Positions 40,420 through 53,780 of a DNA stretch of 64,000 nucleotides are shown here, one piece after another. The position numbers and the translations under genes are program-made. Below the pieces are notes generated by a model. The model ran no database searches. It had not been told where the DNA came from and was given only the letters and a program-made list of their open reading frames with translations. Source of the DNA: Narcine bancroftii (Eukaryota); assembly GCF_036971445.1 (NCBI RefSeq), contig NC_091478.1, positions 16,988,001 through 17,052,000 on the forward strand, in the 5' to 3' direction. Every line of letters begins with the position of its first letter. Position 1 is the stretch's first letter.

Positions 40420-40960
40420 TGATGAATTAGTGGTATAGTGGACCAAGAAGGTTATCTAAGATTTCAATGGGATCCAGATGAACTGGGAAAGTGGACCAAA
40501 TGGATGGAATTTAACTCTGACAAATGTGAGGTATTGTACTTTGGCAGGTTAAACCATGGAATGGTAGGATCCCAGTGAATGGTAGGATCCTGGGGAGCTA
40601 TAGGAAAGATATAATTAATTTGGAAATGGTGCAGAAGATTCATGAGAATGTTACTGAGAATGGTAGGCTTGAATTATAAAGGAGAACCTAGATAAGCTGG
40701 GATTTTTCTCATTGAAATGTAGGATGCTAAAGGAGGACCTTATTGATGTATACAGAATCTTGAAGGTCACAATAAAGTAAATAGTCATAAACTTTTTCCA
40801 AGGATGATGGAATCTAAAACTAAAGAGCATACAGAATATTTAAAGTGAGAGGGAAAAGATATAAAAGGGACCTGAGGGGCACTTGGTTCGCATCGAGGAC
40901 TGTTTCTATATGGAACAAGCTGCTAAAGGGACAATTATAATGATGAAAGACATCTAGACA
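40420..40960 (+). mobile_element. CR1-type LINE fragment
   Basis: Degenerate WMEFNSDKCEVLYFG-type RT 3' region followed by CR1 3' sequence. Confidence 0.6.
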
Positions 40961-40964
40961 GGTA

Positions 40965-41620
40965 CAGTACCCTTCATAATGATTGGGACAAGGACACTTT
41001 TTTTCCTTTATTTGCCCCTCTGCTCCACAGTTTTAATATGTAATCAAACATTTTACACGTAATAAAGTGCATGTTCCAGATTTCATTCAAAGTTATTTGT
41101 ATGAAATTTGGTTTGATCATGAAGAAATTACAGCAATTTTTATACATAGTACCCTCATTTCAGGGCACCATGTTTGGGACATATGACTTCACAGGTGTTT
41201 AATTACTTCATTGGTGCAGGTGTAAGAAAGCTAGGCTTGCTTCTAAGCTTTTGATCGCCTTTGGAGTCTGTAGTTGCTATTTTTCACCATGAGGACCAGA
41301 GTTGTGCCAATGAAACTCAAAGAAGCTATTATGAGCCTGAAGAACAGGAATAAAACAGTAAGAGACATCACCCAAGCCTTAGGATTACCAAAATCAACTG
41401 TTTGGAACATTATTAAGAAGAAAGAGTGTACTGATGAGCTCTGTAGTTGCAAAGGGGATGGTATTTCCAAGGAAGACCTCCACTACTGATGATGGAATAA
41501 TTCTCATTATGATGAAGAAAAATCCCCAAACGTAGGTCCAACAGGTTATAAACACTCTTCAGGAGGTAGGCGTGGATATGTCAATGAGTACTGTCCCAAA
41601 AGACTTTCTGAAGAAAAATG
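40965..41620 (+). mobile_element. Tc1-like transposon 5' half (transposase HTH remnant)
   Basis: TA|CAGTACC terminus; ORF MRTRVVPMKLKEAIMSLKNRNKTVRDITQALGLPKSTVWNIIKK resembles a Tc1 paired-like HTH domain, then frameshifts. Confidence 0.75.
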
Positions 41621-43589
41621 CAATATTGTGTATCGTATTATGCATATCGTATATGCATCTATGCATGTCTATGTGTTATTGGGTCATTGAAGACGAGTTG
41701 TCATTAAAGTGAATGATATGTTGAATAAAGGACAGGAAGTCCCGAAGGTTTCCACGCCTAACCTACTACTAAGACCTGGTGCAAAGTTAGCACAGAGGCA
41801 CTCATTTTCAACAGTTAAAGCTGATTATCATGGTCAGAACTGACCTTACCAAACCCTTTGAGAGAAATTTGAAGAAAATTTTGTTTCCTAAAGAGCCAGT
41901 TAAGTTTCCCATATTGACTATTTGGAACTTGGATCAGGCAATTACAATTCGTTGGTATCTGGCACCAGGAAGAGGGGCAACACAACAAATGTGTCCCGCA
42001 AATCACAATACAGTACATGATGGAAAGCTGCGTGGTCTAGGTCGCTGTCATGGCCCTTCTAGTTTTAACTCAACGTTCTCCTTAAGGTGCTCGTTTCTGT
42101 AAGTGTTGGTAATAACTAATGTATTTTGCTGTTCCGATTTAGCATTTATCAACCAATGAGGCATGGAGCAGCTATTCAGGGGGCTTCAGTACGATGGCAT
42201 TCAAACAGGCATTGAGAAAGAAATAGAAGTATCAACAGTCCTGGTTTTATTAAAACTCGTTTAGAAGATATGGGCCTACATCGACACATTAGACAAAGTC
42301 GAAATAGGAACACCCTTAGGCCATTTTCTTGAACTGTGTCGGCAGAATTTCGGACCCCAGTGACAGCTCTGAAGTTCCAAGTTCCTTGAAGTCGAAAGCA
42401 TGGACAATTATTAATGCGACGCTGGCGTTTATCTGATCTGCGCGGCCCCCTATCACCGAGGCAAACAAAATGACTGCACTATGAAAAGTATTTTGCGAGC
42501 CCAGTGGTATAGTTTTTTTTAATGTGTACATTTTTTGTTACGACTCCATGATAGCGATACTGTGCAATTATCTATTGAACGATCCTCTGCCAATCACTTA
42601 CTTAATGCTTACCTCATATCCGTAATTGCACACTAACCGCAACAAGCAAAAATATATCGTTGAAGGACCACAACGTTTAGTGTGCATTAATGAAGGATGT
42701 GCAATAAATTAATCTCATTAGTCCTATAAAAACAGGCTCCATCAAGTTAAACAGGAAAGACAGCAGACGCTGTGATTGCAATGGGATTCGAATCAGATCC
42801 AAAACGTTGGTTAGCCTTTACTTCCTATGGATGCTGTGTGACCTGCTGAACTTCTCCTGCACTTTTATAGACTCCACTTAAGGCCGATCGGTTAACTCAG
42901 TGAGTTGCTATTTAAGGAACTTGATTTTAAGTCGGTCCAGGCTGATAGAATGAAAATCTCCTTCTTCTTTTGTCTGAAAGTATCTTCGATGCATCAAATT
43001 CGTTCAGTCTCAATTCGTTTCCAGATCGGCGCGGTCTCACTACAGAAATCGACCCCTTATCACAATATTGACAATGTCGTTTAGGAGGCCAAAGAGGGCA
43101 CATGCAATGGGAAATAAAAGATACTGACGCGGTGAAGGAGCAGGCTGTAAAGGTACACTCCCTGGCCAGGTTAGGCTGTCCAGTACATTTCCCGGCATTA
43201 ACGACGCATTGCTGCTGAGAGCACACAGCAAATTTGAAAGTTAAAGTTAAAAGGATACAAATGCTGCCACATATAATGTATGGAGCACGATTAGGAAATA
43301 TCCTCGCCACAGTCGATAATCAAAATCTTTGGGTGTGTGAACCCTATTACACAGTGTATATGAATTTCCACTCTGGAGCAGTGAAGGACAATTTATCTGC
43401 ACACAGAAAGAGTATTCTTCCAATTAAAAAAAAAATTGTATTCCCTAAACCTTGCACTTCCCTTCTTTATACCACAATATATGTCCAGTCCCCGTGTCGA
43501 TGCATCGCACCAAGATGCTGTTCTTTTAAGAACGGTCCCTTTGGATTCATTTCAGTGGAAAGAATAAAGGCATGGACTATTTTCTGAAC

Positions 43590-44270
43590 GGACAACGAGT
43601 TCACAATATCAGAGGTGCAGAGGGACTTGGAACTCCTCGTAAGATTCCCTGAAGGTTAACTTGCATGTCAAGTTGGTCGTAAGGAAGGTAAATGCAGTGT
43701 TCGCATTCATTTGGAGAGGATAGAGTATAAAAGCAGTGACGTAATGTTAAAACATTACAAGGGATTTGATCATCTAGTAGTTGTAGTATTGTTAACAGTT
43801 TTGGGCTTGTTATCTAAGAATATTTTAGCATTGGAGAAGGTCCAAGGCGGAACATCAGAATGGTCCCTGGAATTAATGAGTATGAACGCTCGGGGACTGT
43901 ACTCGCTGGAGTTTCGAAGAATATCATTAAAACATTACTAAAGCTGAAAGGTTTGGATAGAGGACGTGGAGAGGATGTTTTCTTTGGTGGGGAGTTTGGG
44001 GTCAGAGGGCACAGCTTCAGAATAGAAACGCGTCGCCTGAGAACAGAGATGAGGAGGGTGGTGAATGTGTGGAATTCATTGCGCTGACCGCTGTGGAGGG
44101 CATAATTGGGTTAAGACGGAGGTCGATAGGTTCCTGATAAGGAAGGAAATCAAGGGTTACGGGGAGATTGGGGTTGAAAATTAGAATAAATCAACTATGA
44201 TGGAATCATAGCCTATGGAGCAGGGTTGTCTCGATAGGCCGAATGGCCTAATTCCGCTTCTATTTCTTGT
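43590..44270 (+). mobile_element. CR1-type LINE fragment at the edge of the VAX1 CpG domain
   Basis: gaggtgcagagggacttgga..., gagggtggtgaatgtgtggaattc, ggccgaatggcctaattc tail; retains many CpGs. Confidence 0.65.
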
Positions 44271-44486
44271 TGTCTTGTTAAAAACACAGAAATGCTGGAG
44301 AAACTCAGCAAGACTCACATTGTCTAAACGAGGTAAAGATGTATTACTGACTTTTCGAACCTGAGCCTTTGACACAGCGAGACCTGCTGAAATCCGCCGG
44401 CATTTCTGTGTACATTCACCGCGTCTGCAGAATTTCGTGTGTTACTCTTATATGCGGTGTCTATAAAGGTCTGTACCTTTATTGTC

Positions 44487-45356
44487 CAAACAATAGAATA
44501 ACTCGGAACAATTTTATCAATAATTAGGTTAGGAGGTAAAGTTTTCAGATATTGCAGCTCTCCGTGTTGACTAAATTTTAAAGCGCCAGTAAACACTACA
44601 GTCTTTATGTCTTTATCCATAATTATTTGAGTAGAAAATCGCTGAGTCCATGAGCAATTGGTTAATTAATAAATAGGCAATATCAATGTTTCAATGTCCG
44701 AAAAGTACATGATCGTTCCCCCCCCCCCCCCCCCCCCGAATTCAGTACAGAAACAAATGAAATGTAGTAGGGAAAGTTTCCATGGCTTAAAACACATTGG
44801 TGATAACCTGGAATTCATTCCACTACACAATGAAACGGTGCAGCGGCCCATCTTCGGTGGTACCAGAATTTATTCAACTTGTCAGAATAAGTGTAAGGAA
44901 CCAAGATTATTTTAATGCTTTACAAAATGAAAGACACGCAAAAAAGTTCCACATCAAAATGTACTTACGCCGCACTTAAGCTAATAAAAAAGCATAGTAT
45001 TAAAAAAAATATATATACTGACGAATTCGTCAAATTTTAATGAAACATTTTTAAAACGTGGCGTCTGGGCTTGTGCTTTATAACAGATATCACATTTATT
45101 ATCTGTGGGAATGTGGCAGGTTTTAGATTTTTCCTGACACTTCGTTTCAATCTGATTCCTGTTGTTAGGGCGCATGGTCTTTGGATTTATTTATTTTTTT
45201 GCTTATGATGCAAGTCTAGTCAAATTATCTGCAAATATAACACAGTTATATTCAATATTGCGGAACATATTGAAAATGTTACACAAAATGTTTTGATACA
45301 TGTATTTCACGATGTACAAACAATAGAATAACTCGGAACAATTTTATCAATAATTA
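44487..45356. repeat. Exact 40-bp direct repeat (44487-44526 and 45317-45356)
   Basis: caaacaatagaataactcggaacaattttatcaataatta occurs twice, 830 bp apart. Confidence 0.95.
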
Positions 45357-48318
45357 AACCTTTTCCGCTACGTTAACAAGCACCAAAGTGATGAAGGGCG
45401 TTTAAAACGATTCATAGATGGTAAACAACGACCTTCCTTTACCGCCGCCCATTCTCGATATGTTGCCGGCCAGCTCCAATATAAACGAGGTGTCCTTTTT
45501 TAAAAAAAATTGAGACCAGTATTATTTGAATGCAGTTTGAATAAATTGGCAGTAAAAACGGCTACCCCGAGTGATGTGAAAGTGCCGTGTCTTGGTTCAT
45601 TCCTCCAAACCTCCACTTTCCAGCTTCTCCATGGGCTATTCGCCAATGCGTTGGCAGAGGTCAGATCAGATCGATCCACACTTAATCAAAGTACAGTTAA
45701 ATGAGATTGATTTGCAATTTAGAACGTTTGTTTTTATTCTAGATTAACGAGGAAGTTCAAGGTAAGAAACTACCGCAAAAGCACCTCATTCAATCTTTGG
45801 CTATTTTGATGTGCAAAAATTGCACATTGCACAGTTAACACCGAAATGGTGATTTACTCCTTTAGTACAATATTAAAATCTCCACATCGGAGAAACATTC
45901 GTGGGAAACCTATTCATATTTATGGTAATATTGTCCCAACCCAGTTAAAAAGTGGTGACAAACTTCTGGCTTCACAGATATTTAAAAATGGTTTCAAACA
46001 TCCAGAGTTCCACTTAATGCCAAGATCATTTTATTTTGATCTGTTTTGTTTTGCTCAAGTGATAGGTGTCGAATATAGAAATGGAAAGAGTTTTATATAT
46101 ATAATACACACACACATTTGTCATTCCCCTTTTAAGATAATTCACTCCCGTTCATTTGTGTTTCTTTGAGTAATTTTTCATTACAGATGATTTACAGTTT
46201 CTCGGAATTTCAAAATTTTAGAAGTTACGTGACGAGAACACGCGGGACAGTAGATTATAGTGAAGTTTCAATGTAGACATTTTAATTCTGTTCCGCTTTG
46301 CAGAACAACCTGGATCCAGTACGAAATAAGAAATAAAAGGTCTACAGTACTTCATAGTTTAGATATTTGAATAACATCAGAGTTTGTGAGGGCTGACTGT
46401 TTTTTTTTAAACATGACGGCGCAGAACAAGTGTCCCATATTATTGCGAACGGAGCTCAAGCAATTCAAACCAAATAATATTTAGAGATATTTGATCAAGA
46501 GTGACAGTAATACTGCATAACAATCTCTATATGTTTAAAACAAGGTAACTATTATTTCCTTTTCACGAATCTTGATGAATGGCATGTGCAACAAATAATG
46601 ATTCCAGGGTTATCGCAGTGCTGGATGCGATAACCCAGTTTGGTTTGAAGAGCGCCGGCAATCTTTTTTATTAAACTGCAATTAAAACCAACCTCACGGA
46701 ATAAAAAAGCGTAGTGTGAATGTAATGGACAGTAACTTAAATGTCTGAAACAATCCGAGTATAATAAAAACACTGATGTTAGATTTATTCTAAGGATTAA
46801 AAATAATATTTATGGATGTTAATTATGGTTTCAAACCTCTTTCCCCAAGGTTTGGTTCTCTGGATTTGAAAGGTGCAGGAAGATTAAGTGGTGTGCCGGA
46901 AGCTCGTAACTGAGGTAATTAGAACTAGAGAATGACGTCAGATAATTGAGTCAATATCCAAGGACAAAATTATTTTTCAATCCAAAATACGGGGTTCTTA
47001 TTAAACTATTATGAGATTGCTCTTAATTCCATACAGTTGTCATATATCATTCACACTAGCACGCAATGATAATGTCAAATATTTAGCAGTATATACGAAA
47101 ACATTTAATTTGAATTAATTCTTTCGATTTCATTGGCTCTGACCCTTTTATGACCATGTGCAGAACTCTCTTGTTTCCAATGAATGCTCCGCCGCCTTTA
47201 TTTCAAACAAGTAGTGTTGTGCATCAATATGTTTACATTCAGATATCTTGGTTAACAGCGATCATTTTGCTTGCCACTTCTGCCAAACACTGTGTAGTAT
47301 GGAGAACTGATGGCCGAGAATGAATAAAAATAAGATCACATGTAACCGAGATTGCTGGACGATCATGGAAAATGCGAATGAAGAAGCCGAAAATGACGTC
47401 TGCTCTTTGTGGGTTTTTTTAAAACCCTCAATAACACAATCATTTGTCCCGTTTTAAAGGTAGGTGCTTGAAAGTATGTGAAAACTGTCCCAGACTGTAT
47501 CTCTCAAAAAAATCACAAATAATCCATATTAAACGCTCTGAACATTTCAGGACCACGTGTATTTTCACTCTTACGACAGGCAAAAGATAACAAATGACAA
47601 AATACAGATCAAGTTAGAAGCAAGGACTCGTTTGTCTCTATTTAACTTTAAATACACTCACTGCCGTTCCATGAACCATTAGCCTATTAATTACAGACGT
47701 TCATCAATAATTTACAATAAAATACAATTTCAGATTTTACCCCTTTCAGATTATGAAAGTTATACATCAGAATATCTGGCGTTTGGTAGTACGTGTTTAA
47801 AACAGTATACATTTTTTTATACAAAAGACCAGACAGCGTACAACCTTCATTCATGACATATCTAACTGAGCTAGAACAAGCAACATGAACATCGAATAGT
47901 TTGTTCCTTCAGGAACTAGACTCTTTAAAAGAGTCTTTTTTTTTTGTTAGATGACTTACCCAAGCTGCAATTCAAAAATATCCAAAATTATACTGGTTAC
48001 TCGACAAATCGAGTAATCTGCCTGCGTTATGAAATCTCACAGCATGTCACATTGTCACCAGGCTCTGTTATAGATCCCGTTACCATTTAAATGATTGCAG
48101 TATGGACCGTTTTAAGAACTGTTTTGGAGCAGTCAACTTTCCCCAAATCGAACGATGCTATTACAAAATAATCTAAACTGACTAGGTAGGTCTTTCGGAA
48201 TGTATTATATGTTCACAATGTATATGCATACATGTCACGTCATTGTTAATTTTCAATATTTTTAAATTCAGCCCACATGAGTCAACTTAAAATGAATGCT
48301 GCTTCCTGAAGATATCTG

Positions 48319-48804
48319 TCAGTCCATTATTTTTTTGTCCATCGTTTCTCTTTTGCCATTCCTGGAATAGGGCTCAAAAGCCGAAGAGCTCAAGTATCGA
48401 GCAGAAAGTTCCTGCAAGTTCCCTGTCAATGATCCGGTTGCAGTTAAGGGTGAAGCGAGCCTTGTGGCTACTGTTCCAATAAGAGACGGTACCGGCATAC
48501 TGAAAACGTTGTGTCCGGGGTGGGCAGTGCTCAACGTCGGTGCTCCAGATGTCCCAACCGTGAGTGACGATGTGCCCAATGTCGTGCCAAGGCCGACGAC
48601 GGGGGCGCGCAGAGTCGATACTAGGCTGTTGGTGGCACAGGGCAGGATGCTGGACAACCCGGGCGGCGACAGAAGCCTGCCTTGTTCCAGAAGCCGTAAA
48701 ACGCTGCACGTTGCTGCGGTTTCAGAGGCCGTGGACCGGACATCCGAATCTTTTCCCTGGTCTTTTTTCTGCTTCGTGCGTCGGTTTTGAAACCAGACTT
48801 TCAC
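48319..48804 (-). CDS. VAX1: Ventral anterior homeobox 1, exon 3 (homeodomain helix 3 and C-terminus, stop)
   Basis: aaaacag|GTGAAA; [20 protein letters not shown]...[23 protein letters not shown]...[21 protein letters not shown], which is VAX1-specific rather than VAX2. Confidence 0.96.
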   Translation of the reverse strand: MKVWFQNRRTKQKKDQGKDSDVRSTASETAATCSVLRLLEQGRLLSPPGLSSILPCATNSLVSTLRAPVVGLGTTLGTSSLTVGTSGAPTLSTAHPGHNVFSMPVPSLIGTVATRLASPLTATGSLTGNLQELSARYLSSSAFEPYSRNGKRETMDKKIMD

Positions 48805-49976
48805 CTGTTTTATTTTTGCAATGCACAACAGTATATCGCATAAATATATGGCAGCCGACGTTGGTGCTAATTCGTCAAGCCAGATCTAGGCCAATGTTTA
48901 AACATAACCCAGTGACAAAAATACGCATTTCTCCAGTAATGTATCTATCTCAGACTTGAATGAAAGGTGGCAAGCCTAGAATCGTCCAATATTTTTACAA
49001 GTAAATTTTAAATTAAAGATTACATTAAATAAATGTAAACTGGAAGTGCTTACACGAAATATACAATTTCCTGCCAATATGACACAAAAAGTTCGTGGGA
49101 TTGTCTTAAATATAATTTATCTGTTTCCATTCAATGCACCTTGAATATCAATAGAATATACATGTACTTCCGAATTATTTTCGGAAACTCAGAAGGTTGA
49201 CAAATTGGGTAAACTAATTTCAGGTAGAATATTTGTTAACGCTGCCTGATTCTTACCTTGAGTTAATATGGAAAATGTTCGAGAAGATACCTTTGCCCTT
49301 CATAAGTAAAACAAACAATGCAAGAATAATGTAAACAATCACTACAGATATGGGACTTAAAAGCCTGTTAGGACAAAACTGCTCGAAATACCGGTTTAAA
49401 AGTAATATTGGAAATAATTATGCAGGCAAAACAAAATTACCACAGAAATTGAATTGTTCCAGTATTAATTTAAAATATAAGGTTAGCGCCAATGAACATT
49501 TGGTCAATTGAACAATTGCTAAGTTGTCTTTATTACTTAAGATTCCAACTCGAGTGGAATTTTCAGAAAGATGACTAGACCTCCCCCCCCCCTGCCCCCA
49601 CCACCGACAATATAAGAATCTTAACACAATATGCACCCCAATTAACTGTGTTCGTAACTGTATAAAAATTGAATGTTTTTCAATTTCTAAATCGTCCACT
49701 CGAGTTATATTAAATATATAGAAGTCTTGGAACTACTTAAGCATTGTCTCGGCCATAGCCAAAATGGAATTTAAAAAAATGTAATGAATCTTCACTAGGA
49801 GCTTAAAATTGTAAAATATTAACACAATTAATTAAAATAATACTAGCATGTTGACATACATCCATGCTGAGCCTTTGGGGGGTGGGGGGGGGGAGTAAAC
49901 TGCAAGGTATAGAACAGCAAAAACAAATACTTCAGAACAGACCATGTTAAGTTTAAACATGATTATCCATGTCTAC

Positions 49977-50164
49977 CTGAGTTTCTGACAAGTTGAGCTG
50001 CCGCGCCAGTTCCGTTCTTTCTCGTCCAACAACGTATTGGCAGCGTTGGAACTCCATTTCTAAACGATATAGCTGCTCAGCTGTGAAAGATGTTCGGGTG
50101 CGCTTGGGTCGATCAAGATCTAGCCCTTTGGGTAGAATTATTTCTCTTATAGATCCCTTTGCGT
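49977..50164 (-). CDS. VAX1: Ventral anterior homeobox 1, exon 2 (188 nt)
   Basis: atacag|AC GCA AAG...ACT CAG|gtagac; (D)[62 protein letters not shown]. Confidence 0.97.
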
Positions 50165-52525
50165 CTGTATGGTGGAAATGCAGTTGTCAGTTATTTTTCC
50201 AATCCAAGTAGCAGCATATTTAAGAACCATTCTCATTCTACAAATGGAAAAGGTCATGCTTGTACGTGGCGTATCTTTCCGAAACCGTCCACGTCTAAGA
50301 ATCGTGAATTCAATTTGTATAATTTTCATTCGGTGCTTTCTAAACACGGTTTAGTGGAATAATATCCCTCATCTGTTTAACGTTCTAGGTATTTTTCTGG
50401 TAAACAGGGTTTAAAATTGGCAGGCAGCACCCTTTTCTCAATGAAACCAGATCATCTACTTGTATTTGACCAAGTATATTCAAAGATAAACCAAGAAAAA
50501 TGTACATAAAACAGTATAACGGTTTCTGTAGCACATATACCCGACATTTCTGTGGTCTCCTCGATTCTAATTAGCGGTTGTTCCTCAAAAATACTTGACT
50601 GTTATATTTCAGTACGAATTCACTTGAGTTTACTACTTGGTTATAGGGGTTGAGAGAGAGTAAACGATAACATAAAAGGAAATGTATTTGGGGTAAATTC
50701 AAAATCATTATACTTGACATGCGAATCAAAGGGAACATTTAGTTCCCTTGAAACTCTGGAGAAATGAATTGAGAATCGAAACTTAACTTTCATTCTGAAA
50801 TGCTCATGGTTAGTTTGTGGCACTGTGAATTAAAAAAAAATGTTTTTTTTTAGTCCTGTTAATTACGCTGCGACTTCTCTCTTAAAGAAAGGACGTTTAC
50901 AAATTGGGCACAAACCACGTCGCAGTAACCTTACTGTTGAAAAAATATCCGGCTGCAAGGCGAGGTTAGCATCACCCACGGAACTTTGGTTTACACAAAT
51001 TAAAAGTCAATTGAAAAAAAATCAACAAAGTTACACAAAATGAGCCTTAACTAGAAAATAAAGGTCACCTAATGTGCTCATAATTGATACTACCAAAGCC
51101 AAAAAGAGTACAAGTTTCTACTCAGGGTCAAACTGATGCAAGGATTGCTTCGAATGCAATTCAACCTGACGCGCGTCTGGAGGCCAAGTGGTCACTGAGG
51201 GATTAACAATTGTTTATGGCAAGCATTACCTATTTCTTCAGAATTAGTACAGAAGTTTATCTATAAAAATAATATATAAAGTCAAAATACGCCACTGTTT
51301 GTTTCCTTGTAGTGTTATTTTAATTCTAAGCAATAACTTTAGGGTAGTAAAGCCTCCAGTTGCGAATAATAAAATAATAATTCTACAAAAATTCAAATAG
51401 ACATTTTAAAACAATAATAATTCAATAACTGAATCAATAGATTTTGGCCTGGAATAAACTGGAACCATTAACGATAGCTATTCAATTTCATGGTGGTAAG
51501 GCAAATAGTATTTTCCAATTGAAGTATTGTTTTGGACAAAGCAACGACGACTTGCTCAAACATGCATTTCAGCAAATGAATTGAACAGAATGCGTCAGTT
51601 CATAAAATCACTCAGAACGCTGATACAATATATGCACACGAATTCTATGGCCTTTAAACCAAAACTACCACGATAGTAATTTATCATGCAAACTGGGGTA
51701 TTCATTTTTAAATATTGCCCTCTGATCCACTAGCTCTTTCAGTAGACTTTTGTTCATGATTCTAATTTTATGATCTTATACTTGCAAATTAAGAATAATT
51801 AATTAGCATGTGGTCCTAATATAGGATCAAATTGTTTCTAAACTGAAATCATCGACCCAATCGTACAACATTAATACTTTTTCCATGGTGTCCTTTAATC
51901 CAAATTTGGTCTTAATCACCTCCATTCATAAAGTGATTGCAAATATTTGATGCCTTTCTGTAGTGAGCAAGACTGTGTTGACTTAAACCGCCGTGGCAGA
52001 CCGGGCGAGGTAATGATATCAGTAAAATCGATTACGTCCCGCGTATAGACGGTCAATTCCTTGCCTCGTTAGCGAGGGAACGCTGTTTAATCGGTCTCTC
52101 GTCAATTTGCCAAAACCTTTAACTGAACGTTTTGTGTCATGACCTTAAGATAGTTTTAGAACATTATTTTTTTAATTAACAGAATAGACAGGCAAACAAA
52201 AACAACATAAATTAAAAGGACCTCAGCTTGCTAGTAGCTGGAATAAATCCGGAAAAGAGGCCGGGAAAAGACAAAGAATCAAAAAAAAATAGAGGAAGAG
52301 GCAAACAGATTTTCTGGGTTTTTTTTAAAAATTTAATAGTGGACTTGTTTCTACAAGATCATATGGTATGACAAACACTTGGTTTTATGCGGACTATATT
52401 TGCAAAAAAAAAACAAATGCTTAAGCATAAAAATAAGTGGATACGTGTAGCAAAATGACCTAATTAAAAGAAAAACGGCAGATGAGAAAGAGAGAGAGAG
52501 AGAGAGAGGAAAAAAAACCGCTCAC

Positions 52526-52763
52526 CTCTAACAAGAATTCGTCTACAATAGTCCGGGTCAGTAGTACTAGATTTTGTTTTGCAGTCATCGGAGATTGCAG
52601 AAGCTGGGAAAGTCTCCTGCTGATCCTCCATCAAAGAATTCCGCAGGCTTCCGTGAGAATCCCGTGAACTCGAGCTGGTTTCTCTGCCTTCTCGGAGTCC
52701 ATTCTTTAAACCTCTGCTCGACTCAGCTTCCATTATTGGTTCTCGATTGCACCGGACTTCCAT
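52526..52763 (-). CDS. VAX1: Ventral anterior homeobox 1, exon 1 (238 nt coding)
   Basis: MEVRCNREP...DPDYCRRILVR, G|gtgagc donor, and an in-frame TAG just upstream of the ATG. Total CDS 238+188+486=912 nt (303 aa). Confidence 0.93.
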
Positions 52764-53780
52764 TGAGGACTGCTAATGCAATGTAGGGCGAAAAGAAAGA
52801 AATCGCAAGGCACGATATTTTGTTTTGGTATTGCATAAAAAAATTGTCCCGGCTGTCGGATTCTCTTTAAAGTTCGTTTTTTATCGGCGAGGGTGGTTTC
52901 AGCTTTCTCCTTAGGCCGGTTTTTTTTTTATGGTTGTCCGGCTTGAAGTACCAAATGATCAACACGACGCGACATAGTGCTTTAAGCTGCAGCCTTCCAG
53001 ATTTACTGTTGTGAGAGATCTACAAATACCAGGCACAGAGGACGCACACTTGCCGTTTCAATTGATTATGGGTAATTTTACGGCCCGGCATTTACGTTGC
53101 CCCATGAATACGTTGACTTGTTTGGATAATATATCAAGTCTTAATAGATGGTTTCTCTCCTCGTCTTCAATCAGGCATCTAAATACTGTAAACCGATTGG
53201 CCTCAAATGCAAAAAAAAACTTGTCAGAGTTAAGAGTTTCAGCAAAGTTCTGAGCATTTTGATGGTGTAATATTAGCGCCACAAACAGCCATCTCTAAGC
53301 CCGAGTTCCTTTGAGCCTCAGTCCCTTGAACTGAACGTTCAGACCAGTGAGACTGAGTCACCTTTAGGAACTACCCAGAGAGTGAAAAAAAATCTATTCA
53401 AAATATAGCCACAGGAAACAGCTAGTCCGGAAAATGGTAACTAAAGATTCTCTAAATGAAAAGTTTCACCTCAGTTATTTCATTGTCACCGCAACAATAT
53501 ATTGGGTACCTCGAATGGACAATAATCCAATAAGACCATTGATTACTCGACAATGAATCAATTCAAGTGAATAGATGGCTGCTTGGAGCACGCTCCAGTC
53601 CTCCTTGTCACCTCGCGGGGCAGAAGCCCTCTTCATGCTGCTCTTCGCATTCATTCTTTTATGGGAAATGGGGAAAAGAGTGAAAGATGGCAATTATCTA
53701 ATTGGACTATTAACAAACAATTCTCCGAGTGTGGCTTGCATGGTCGTGTTTCGTAGGGCGGGGTGAAAGGCCACATGTCG
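52764..53780 (-). promoter_or_regulatory. VAX1 5' UTR and proximal promoter/enhancer region
   Basis: Repeat-free, CpG-retaining sequence with CCAAT boxes (near 53195, 53527, 53701) and clustered TAAT/ATTA, TAATCC and AACAAT motifs. The TSS cannot be located from sequence alone. Confidence 0.5.

Noticed and set aside
47918-47946. Hairpin plus T-run resembling a rho-independent terminator
   Set aside because: Vertebrate sequence, AT-rich stem with a 1-nt loop, and on the strand opposite VAX1.
48374-48959. Overlapping alternate-frame and antisense ORFs on VAX1 exon 3
   Set aside because: Expected by-products of a GC-rich coding exon.
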